64,000 bases of DNA from an uncultured Alphaproteobacteria bacterium (GTDB lineage: Bacteria; Pseudomonadota; Alphaproteobacteria; Rhizobiales; Xanthobacteraceae): contig CAVSWC010000013.1 of assembly GCA_963731585.1 (NCBI GenBank), forward strand, positions 188,003 to 252,002, read 5' to 3'. How positions within the stretch are numbered: the first letter of the stretch is position 1; each line of letters opens with the position of its first letter. Made by a program: the position numbers and the translations under genes. Below the pieces are notes generated by a model that ran no database searches, was not told the origin of the DNA, and saw nothing but the letters and a program-made list of their open reading frames with translations. This document shows positions 43,195 to 50,254 of this stretch, one piece after another.

Positions 43195-44004
43195 ATGGCT
43201 TTGCTGACCCCCGAACACCGCGCCCGCTTCAACGCCTGGCTGAGCGACCGGCCCGACGACAGCATTTTGCGCAAGCTGTTCGCGGTGATGATCGCCGGCA
43301 CAGTCACGGTGCTGGCGCTCGACTATCTCGAGCTTTCCGGTTTGCGCGAGCAGGTCGCCGCGACTATCCCGGAAATGTCTACCGAAGCCATTCCCGCCGC
43401 ATTGCCGATTGACGGCGAACCCATGATCGGCCCGCTGCGGCGGCCGGACGGCCCGCTGGCGGCGAAGATGACCTTCGAGCTCGTCGCCGACGGCCGCCTG
43501 CGCGCCACCGGCACCATTCACCCCGGCACCGCGAAAATCTTCGCCGAGGAAGTCGAAAAGCGCGGCGTTTACATTAAAACGATCGTGCTGCATTCGCCCG
43601 GCGGGTCGGTCACCGACGCGCTGGAAATGGGCCGGCTGATCCGCAAGAAGAATTTTGTCACCCAGGTGGAAGCGGGCCGCTATTGCGCCTCCTCCTGTCC
43701 GCTGATCTTCGCCGGCGGCGTCGAGCGGCGCGCGGGCGAGAAGTCGGTCATCGGCGTGCATCAGGTCTCAGCGCTGGCGCCTGCCGGCGCGCCCACCGGC
43801 GGCATGGCCGAAGCGCAGCGCATTTCCGCCGTCTGCCAGAAATATCTGCGCGACATGGGCATCGACCTGCAGGTCTGGACCCATGCCATGGAGACGCCGA
43901 AGGAGAAACTCTATTCCTTCAAGCAGGACGAATTGCTCACGCTGAAGCTGGCGACGGATGTCGGCGGCAAGGCGGTGGCTGAATCGGCGAAGAAAAAGGG
44001 TTAG
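43195..44004 (+). CDS. Membrane-anchored ClpP/SppA-fold-like periplasmic protein (COG3904-like), function unknown
   Basis: TM helix LRKLFAVMIAGTVTVLAL, then IVLHSPGGSVTDALEMGRLIRKKNF...RYCASSCPLIFAGG. Recognition only. Confidence 0.5.
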   Translation: MALLTPEHRARFNAWLSDRPDDSILRKLFAVMIAGTVTVLALDYLELSGLREQVAATIPEMSTEAIPAALPIDGEPMIGPLRRPDGPLAAKMTFELVADGRLRATGTIHPGTAKIFAEEVEKRGVYIKTIVLHSPGGSVTDALEMGRLIRKKNFVTQVEAGRYCASSCPLIFAGGVERRAGEKSVIGVHQVSALAPAGAPTGGMAEAQRISAVCQKYLRDMGIDLQVWTHAMETPKEKLYSFKQDELLTLKLATDVGGKAVAESAKKKG

Positions 44005-44084
44005 CTGACACGATCCTTTGCTTCGTCTGCCCGGTACGCGGTCTTTGAGCCCCCCTCTCCCGACCGCGTGCCGGGCGCTCTTAT

Positions 44085-44563
44085 TTACCCGTAAGCGCCG
44101 ATGTGATGGAGGTGCATCGTCCAGTGCTCGATCACGACCGCCGTACCGTCCATACTCAGCACCTGGATCTTGACCGTCCCGGCTGCGGCCGGCACGTTGC
44201 GAAAGGTGAAGGACACCATCCGGCCGTCGAGGCGGTTTTCCGGCGTGTAGAACTCCGCCGCCGCGGGGATACCGGCCGCAGTCGCCGTTAAGGGTCACGC
44301 GCACCTTGAGGCCCTTCGGATGCTTGGCGCGGATCTGCGCCGAGAATTCGACGCGCATACATGACCCGGTTGAGAGCGTAGTTGATATTCGACCCCGACA
44401 GATTCACGAACGACGTTGAAGTGACGGTAGTCCCGCTACCGTGGGCAGACCGGGTCCCGCCGGTGATGCAATCGTAATAGGCCTCGCCCGGCCGCGATGG
44501 CGTCACCGCGAAAGCCGCGGCGACGACGAGGAGTAACACAAGCCTGCAAGTCCAGTGCTGCAT
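44085..44563 (-). pseudogene. Secreted hypothetical protein (two frame shifts as sequenced)
   Basis: MQHWTCRLVLLLVVAAAFAVTPSRPGEAYYDCITGG..., then RVEFSAQIRAKHPKGLKVRVTLNGDC, then EFYTPENRLDGRMVSFTFRNVPAAAGTVKIQVLSMDGTAVVIEHWTMHLHHIGAYG. These three pieces lie in three frames. Confidence 0.4.
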
Positions 44564-44630
44564 TGCCGCCCCCATCGATGCGCCGCCAACCGGAGCAGGA
44601 CTCGCGGCGCATGACAAGTGGTCCTTAACG

Positions 44631-45551
44631 TCAGGCGCGCCCCATCCGGTGCAGCTTGAGCACGGCATAGACCGCGGCATTCGCCGGCGTCGGCACGCCG
44701 AGCTCGCGGCCGAGCGCCACGACCTTCCCAGCCAGCCAGTCGATCTCGATGCGGTTGCCGCGCTCGAGATCGTGCAACAGCGACGCCTTCATGCCGGGCG
44801 GCGCGGTGTCGGCGAATTTCATCCGGGTGTCGAGAAAGTCCGGCGGAAGCGTCACGCCCTTGGCGCGCGCGAGCGCGATGACTTCCTCCATCAGGCTGCG
44901 GAAGAAAACGCGCGTGTCGGGATCGGCCAGGATCGGCCCAAGCGGCATGCGGGTCGCCCCGGTCGCGCCCGAAAGCCCGATCAGGAAGACGAATTTCTCC
45001 CAGCGCTCGCGGTTGATGTTCTCCGCCTGCGCGATGTCGATGCCGGCTTCCTTCCCCGCGGCGGTGAAGGCGGCAAGCTGCGCGTCGGGCTTTCCGTCGA
45101 TGCGCCCGCACACCATCTTGGCGAACTGACTGGTGTGGCTGATGACGCCCGGCGCACCGATCACGCTGGCGATATAGGCCGAGCCGCCCGCCACCTTGTC
45201 CTCGCCAAGGATCGGCACGAGGCGCTCCACGCTGTCGACGCCATTCTGGAAGGTGATGACGCGGGTCTGCGGGCCAAGGAGCGGCTTCGCCGTCTCGGCA
45301 GCACTTTCCGTGTCCCATAATTTGACGGCGAACAGCACCACCTCGACCGGACCGACGTCCTTCGGATCGGACGTGGCGCGCACATTATTCAGGTGAAGAT
45401 TGCCGAGCGGGCTTTCGATCCTCAGGCCGTTCTTGCGGATGGCTGCAAGCTGCGCGCCGCGCGCGATGAAGCTCACGTCGTGTCCCGCGGCCGCAAGCCT
45501 GCCGCCGAAATAGCCGCCGACGGCTCCCGCCGCCATCACTGCGATGCGCAT
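44631..45551 (-). CDS. panE: 2-dehydropantoate 2-reductase
   Basis: MRIAVMAAGAVGGYFGGRLAAAGHDVSFIARG Rossmann motif with an ApbA/PanE C-terminal domain. Confidence 0.85.
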   Translation of the reverse strand: MRIAVMAAGAVGGYFGGRLAAAGHDVSFIARGAQLAAIRKNGLRIESPLGNLHLNNVRATSDPKDVGPVEVVLFAVKLWDTESAAETAKPLLGPQTRVITFQNGVDSVERLVPILGEDKVAGGSAYIASVIGAPGVISHTSQFAKMVCGRIDGKPDAQLAAFTAAGKEAGIDIAQAENINRERWEKFVFLIGLSGATGATRMPLGPILADPDTRVFFRSLMEEVIALARAKGVTLPPDFLDTRMKFADTAPPGMKASLLHDLERGNRIEIDWLAGKVVALGRELGVPTPANAAVYAVLKLHRMGRA

Positions 45552-45611
45552 GACATGCCTCTCGTCATCCCAGCCCGACCCGGGAACCCATCATGCCTGC
45601 ATAGCATGCCT

Positions 45612-45700
45612 TCGTCATGGCCGGATTCATTCCGGCCATCCCGATGAGGGAGGCAGTGCGTCCAGAATCGAAATGGCCGGGACAAGACCCCGGCCATGAC
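45612..45700. repeat. Intergenic REP-like hairpins
   Basis: ATGGCCGG-ATTCATT-CCGGCCAT and ATGGCCGGG-ACAAGAC-CCCGGCCAT. Confidence 0.45.
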
Positions 45701-45722
45701 GACTCTTTCGAATGATGTCTTC

Positions 45723-46472
45723 TTAGTAGACGCTGCTGAACCGGTTACCCGTCAGGGTGGCCTGCGGAAGGCGTGGCTGCTCGGTCGCGGCCGGCAACAC
45801 CACGACCTTGGTGCCGATCTTCACGCGCTCATAGAGATCAGCCACGTCTTCATTGAGCATGCGGATGCAGCCGCTCGACACATTCTGGCCGATGGTCGAC
45901 GGCGCGTTGGTGCCATGGATGCGGTAGACCGTGCCGCCGATATACATGGCGCGCGCGCCGAGCGGATTGCCTTCACCGCCCGCCATGAAGCGCGGCAGAT
46001 AAGGCTGGCGCTGGATCATTTCCGGCGGCGGTACCCAATCGGGCCATTCCGCCTTGCGCTCGATCGAGCGCACGCCGGACCAAGTGAAGCCTTCGCGGCC
46101 GACGCCGATGCCGTAGCGCATCGCCTTGCCGCCGCCGAGCACGTAATAAAGATACGTATTCGGCGTATCGACAATAATGGTGCCCGGCGCTTCGCGCGTC
46201 GGATAATTCACGATCTGCCGGCGCAGATGCTGCGGCACCGCGGCGGCGCTTTCCGCCGGCTCGGGCACGACGGATTCATAAGGCTGCTGCGCCGGTGCGT
46301 AAGCATAGGCCTGCTGCGGGGCGATAGGCGCAAAGACCGAAACGGGATGGCGCAATGACGATGTGGCGCTATAGGCCAGGGTCTGCGCGGAGGCAGGCTG
46401 CATCCCAAGGACCGCTCCGGCGGTCGCAAAAATGGCACCGACGGAACGGAAAGACCTGACGGAAAACTGCAT
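45723..46472 (-). CDS. L,D-transpeptidase (YkuD domain), second copy
   Basis: Signal peptide MQFSVRSFRSVGAIFATAGAVLGMQPASAQ. The core is YRIHGTNAPSTIGQNVSSGCIRMLNEDVADLY. Confidence 0.85.
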   Translation of the reverse strand: MQFSVRSFRSVGAIFATAGAVLGMQPASAQTLAYSATSSLRHPVSVFAPIAPQQAYAYAPAQQPYESVVPEPAESAAAVPQHLRRQIVNYPTREAPGTIIVDTPNTYLYYVLGGGKAMRYGIGVGREGFTWSGVRSIERKAEWPDWVPPPEMIQRQPYLPRFMAGGEGNPLGARAMYIGGTVYRIHGTNAPSTIGQNVSSGCIRMLNEDVADLYERVKIGTKVVVLPAATEQPRLPQATLTGNRFSSVY

Positions 46473-46725
46473 GAGACCCTCTCTCGGCTTCCGTAGCAAT
46501 CAAGCCGAAAGAGCCTGGAAGGTTCCGGCGGCATATTTTCCGAAAATGTCAAGCGCCATGGAACGATTTCGCAGGGAGCGAATTACAGCTTCGGTACGAC
46601 GCTTCTTCGCGTGACGGTAACGTGCGCGGCGATGCGTCCTTTTGTTTATGTATTCGGACCTGCTTTGACCCTCAGATCACAGGGTATTGATGCTGTGCTC
46701 TTCGCACTTTTCTCTGGGACGCCCG

Positions 46726-47058
46726 ATGGGGATGACATTAAAAGCGGCATTAAGCGGCGCAGTTGTTTTGGTAACATTTTCAGCAGGCGGGCAGCCCGCG
46801 GCGGCGCAACAGTGCACGGGTCCGTTCGCTTCATGCGCCAATGAAGTCCGCGCCACATGCCCACTCGATCGAACGGGCGAGCCGCGCATCACCTTTTTTG
46901 ACCGCGCCGGCAATGCCATGCGCTTCGAAAAATGCGTCGGGCGCATTTTTGCAGCCGCAGGCCAGCCCGACCCCTACAAGACTGGACAAATGCCGTCCGG
47001 GGATCTGGCGATGCCCGCTGTCGAGATGCTTGAGCCGTCGAGCGGTCACAGAGATTAG
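46726..47058 (+). CDS. Small secreted Cys-containing hypothetical protein
   Basis: MGMTLKAALSGAVVLVTFSAGGQPAAAQQ signal peptide, with four Cys in the mature part. Confidence 0.45.
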   Translation: MGMTLKAALSGAVVLVTFSAGGQPAAAQQCTGPFASCANEVRATCPLDRTGEPRITFFDRAGNAMRFEKCVGRIFAAAGQPDPYKTGQMPSGDLAMPAVEMLEPSSGHRD

Positions 47059-47079
47059 GCGCCGCCTCTTGCAACGCCC

Positions 47080-47160
47080 GTCTTGTCATCCCGGCCGAGC
47101 CAACGGGTCCGTGCGAAACGCGGCCCGATGACAGGCTCCGCGAGAGCGGGATCCCCATAA
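47080..47160. repeat. Intergenic repeat of the type that translates as ...IGPRFARTRWL...
   Basis: TTGTCATCCCGGCCGAGCCAACGGGTCCGTGCGAAACGCGGCCCGATGACAGG. This is a sequence class I recognise as recurrent in this bacterial family. Confidence 0.35.
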
Positions 47161-47215
47161 GAGGTTACTGAATGAACTCGTCCCGGATCGGCTGGCGCCG
47201 TCCTGGATGACAGCA

Positions 47216-47719
47216 CTAGCTTTGTTTCTTCTCCGCGTGCCAGCCGGTCACCGCGTCCGGCACCGCGTCGGTAGAAGCGAAATAGGGCTTGATGTCGATC
47301 AGCGGCGTATCGTCGAGGCAATCCAGCCCTTGCACCGACAGCTGGGTGCCTTCCACTTTCAGCAAACGCACGACGCTCATCGCGATCGGGTTCGGCCGCG
47401 CGGGCGACCGCAGGGCGAATGTGCCGCGTTGCTCGCCATAATGCCGCGGCACCTGCAGCGCCAGGTCCCGCCGCGCCTTGTCCATCCAATAAAGCACCAC
47501 GAGATGCGAGCAGGTTTCCACGTCTTTGAGCGCCGGGGCCCAGCGCGGATCGACTTCGATGCGGCACACCGCCTCGGATTCCCGCGCGTTCTTCGGGCAG
47601 TCCTCCCGGCGGGTCCAGGGCGTGCGGATGCGCCCGACGAAATACACCTCCGCGTCGGCTTTCGCCGGCAGGTCGATCGCCTGCTCGCCGGGGCGGATTC
47701 CGAAGGGGTCGTCGGCCAT
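47216..47719 (-). CDS. trmO: tRNA (t6A37-N6)-methyltransferase TrmO (TsaA/UPF0066)
   Basis: YFVGRIRTPW...CSHLVVLYWMD...RGTFALRSPARPNPIAMSVVRLLKVEG...LDCLDDTPLIDIKPY. Confidence 0.85.
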   Translation of the reverse strand: MADDPFGIRPGEQAIDLPAKADAEVYFVGRIRTPWTRREDCPKNARESEAVCRIEVDPRWAPALKDVETCSHLVVLYWMDKARRDLALQVPRHYGEQRGTFALRSPARPNPIAMSVVRLLKVEGTQLSVQGLDCLDDTPLIDIKPYFASTDAVPDAVTGWHAEKKQS

Positions 47720-47773
47720 TGCTGGATCTCGGCTGGGTACGGGGTTTGGGCCTTGAAGTCACTGGTTTAAAGG

Positions 47774-47791
47774 TATAAAGATATCTTTATA
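47774..47791. promoter_or_regulatory. Perfect 18-bp AT-rich palindrome, putative operator of the adjacent ArsR-type (SahR-like) regulator
   Basis: TATAAAGATATCTTTATA lies in the trmO/sahR divergent spacer, about 15 nt upstream of the first ATG of the regulator gene. Confidence 0.5.
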
Positions 47792-47804
47792 TGTCTCGGC
47801 CAGG

Positions 47805-48831
47805 ATGGGCCGCCCGTTTAATGAGTTTGCGATGTCGCAACAGTCCGATCTGGCTTTCACCACTTTGAACGGCGTCCTCAAGGCCGCCGGGGAGGGCACC
47901 CGGCTGCGCATTCTCGCGCTCCTGGCCGAGGCCGAACTGACGGTTTCCGACCTTACCGAGATTTTGCGCCAGTCGCAGCCGCGCATCTCCCGCCATCTGA
48001 AACTGCTGAGCGAAGCGGGGCTGGTCGAGCGCTTCCGCGAGGGCTCCTGGGCCTTCTTCCGGATCGCCGAGCAGGGCGCCGGCGCGGAAGTGATGCGCGC
48101 TTTGCTGGCGCGGCTCGCACCGGAGGACCCGACGGTGGCGCGGGACCGCGAACGCCTGACGATGGTACGCGCCGCCCGCGCGGCCGCCGCGCAGGCCTAT
48201 TTCCGCAGCCACGCCGCGGAGTGGGACCGCATCCGCAAGCTGCATGTGGCTGACGCCGCGGTTGAGGAAGCGATCAAGGCCGCGGTCGCCGACCGGCCTG
48301 TGGAAGCGCTGCTCGATCTCGGCACCGGCACCGGCCGCATGCTGGAATTGTTCGGCCCCGACATCGCGCGCGGCGTCGGGCTCGATCTTTCGCTCGACAT
48401 GCTGGCGCTGGCGCGCGCGCGGCTTGATCGCGCCGGCCTGCGCCATTGCACCGTGCGCCAAGGCGATATCTACGATCTCGAACTGCCGAAGAACTCCTTC
48501 GATCTCGTGATCGTGCATCAGGTGCTGCATTTCCTTGACGACGGCGCACGCGCCATCCGTGAGGCGGCGCGGGTCTTGCGCCCCGGGCGGGCGGCTGTTG
48601 GTGGTGGATTTCGCGCCGCATGACCTTGAGTTTCTGCGCGACCAGCATGCCCATCGCCGCCTCGGCTTCGCCCCGGAAGCGGTGACGCAGTGGCTGGAAG
48701 CTGCCGGGCTTGATTCCGTTCTGCATCGCACGCTTTCGCCGGAGCCCGGCACCGACGGCAAGATCGCGGTCTCGCTCTGGCTCGCGCGCGACCCGCGCAT
48801 CGCGCTCGCTTCCTCGCGCGAGGTGGCGTGA
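47805..48831 (+). pseudogene. sahR: ArsR-type wHTH fused to SAM-methyltransferase-like domain (SahR-like methionine-cycle regulator; one frame shift as sequenced)
   Basis: The HTH is RLRILALLAEAELTVSDLTEILRQSQPRISRHLKLLSEAGLVERFREGSWAFFR. The MTase fold is LLDLGTGTGRMLELF...LRPGGRLLVVDFAPHD, with the shift near 48590. The gene sits directly upstream of metF, and its stop overlaps the metF start. Confidence 0.75.
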
Positions 48832-49798
48832 TGCCGCAAGATCGCGCCAGCCGCATCGATACCCATGGCGAGCGCCGCATCGGCGTCTCGTTCGAATTCT
48901 TTCCGCCCAAAACCGAAGAGATGGAGAAGAATTTATGGGAGGCGATCACGCGGCTGGCGCCGCTTGCGCCCGATTTCGTCTCGGTGACCTATGGCGCCGG
49001 CGGCTCCACCCGCGAGCGCACCCATGCCACCGTCAAGCGCATCCTGGAGGAAACCAGCCTCACGCCGGCCGCGCATCTGACCTGCGTCGCCGCCACCCGC
49101 ACGGAAGTGGATCAGGTGATCAGCAATTATTGCGCGGTCGGCGTGCGCCATATCGTGGCGTTGCGCGGCGATCCGACCAGCGGCGTCGGGGCGCATTACA
49201 CGCCGCATCCCGGCGGCTATCTCAACGCGGCCGACCTCGTCGGCGGCATCAAACGCAGCTGCGATGTGGAAGTCTCGGTCGCCGCCTATCCGGAAAAACA
49301 TCCCGATAGCCAGACGGTCGATGCCGACATCGACATGCTGAAGGCCAAGGTGGAGGCCGGCGCGACCCGCGCCATCACGCAATTCTTCTTCGAGAATGAT
49401 CTGTACTTCCGCTATCTCGACCGCGTGCGCGCGCGCGGCATCGATGTGCCGGTGGTGCCAGGCATCCTGCCGGTGCAGAATTTCAAACAGGCCAAGAGTT
49501 TCGCCGAACGCACCGGCGCCTCGGTGCCGGCCTGGCTGGCGCGAGCGCTTCGAAGGACCTCGACGACGATCCCGCCACCCGCAAGCTGATCGCCGCCGCG
49601 GTCGCCGCCGAGCAGGTGGTCGATCTGGTTGATCGCGGCGTCACCAATTTCCACTTCTACACCATGAACCGCGCCGACCTGGTCTACGCGGTGTGCCATT
49701 TGCTGGGGTTACGACCGGTGCCGCTGTTTCCCTCTCCCATAGGGAGAGGGTGCCCGAGCGAAGCTCGGGAGGGTGAGGGGTTATGGCGTCCGTTGTGA
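48828..49798 (+). pseudogene. metF: 5,10-methylenetetrahydrofolate reductase (one frame shift as sequenced; 3' end reads into a repeat)
   Basis: IGVSFEFFPPKTEEMEKNLWEAITRLAPLAPDFVSVTYGAGGSTRERTH...AHLTCV...HIVALRGDP...ITQFFFENDLYFRYLDRVRARGIDVPVVPGILPV. After a shift near 49545 it continues ERFEGLDDDPATRKLIAAAVAAEQVVDLVDRGVTNFHFYTMNRADLVYAVCHLLGLRP. Confidence 0.9.
49729..49782. repeat. Family A module (hairpin, linker, GGGTGAGGGGTT)
   Basis: CCCTCTCCC-ATA-GGGAGAGGG TGCCCGAGCGAAGCTCGGGAG GGTGAGGGGTT. Confidence 0.85.
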
Positions 49799-50118
49799 AA
49801 AAAGCCAGGCGGCTACGTCAGGATCAAACAGATGCCGAGCGAAAGCTTTGGTTTCAACTGCGCGATCGGCGTCTTGCGGACCTGAAGTTTAGACGGCAGA
49901 TGCCGCTCGGAGGCTTCATCGTCGATTTCTGCTGCGAGGAAGCGCATCTCATCGTTGAAGTCGATGGCGGGCAACACAACGAAAACGAACGAGACGTGGC
50001 GCGGACCAGGGGGCTGGAAGCGATGGGATATCTGGTGCTGCGCTTCTGAAATCATGACGTGTTGCAAAACATCGACGGTGTTCTCGAAACGATAGTCGGT
50101 ACGACAAAACAACAAAGC
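49783..50118 (+). pseudogene. DUF559 (Vsr-like) endonuclease-domain protein with an in-frame TGA at the conserved Trp position
   Basis: MASVVKKARRLRQDQTDAERKLWFQLRDRRLADLKFRRQMPLGGFIVDFCCEEAHLIVEVDGGQHNENERD...[26 protein letters not shown]. The family consensus at that point is RFWNN-VL. Confidence 0.75.
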
Positions 50119-50122
50119 GCGG

Positions 50123-50244
50123 AACCCCCTCACCCCATCCCTCTCCCCACAGGGGAGAGGGAGAACAGCGCCGCAGCGCCAACCGATACTTCCCTCTCCC
50201 ATAGGAAGAGCGTGCCTGAGCGAAGCTCTGGCGGGTGAGGGGTT
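50123..50244. repeat. Family A modules (one inverted, one direct)
   Basis: AACCCCCTCACC-CCAT-CCCTCTCCCC-ACA-GGGGAGAGGG, then CCCTCTCCC-ATA-GGAAGAGCG TGCCTGAGCGAAGCTCTGGCG GGTGAGGGGTT. Confidence 0.85.
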
Positions 50245-50254
50245 ATTGAGTGAG

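Larger units (their letters stand above)
49729..50244 (+). mobile_element. Candidate small mobile cassette: DUF559 endonuclease ORF bracketed by inverted family A modules (hypothesis)
   Basis: Left module at 49729-49782, inverted right module at 50123-50162, and a second direct copy of the left module at 50192-50244. The interior has visibly lower GC. Confidence 0.4.
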
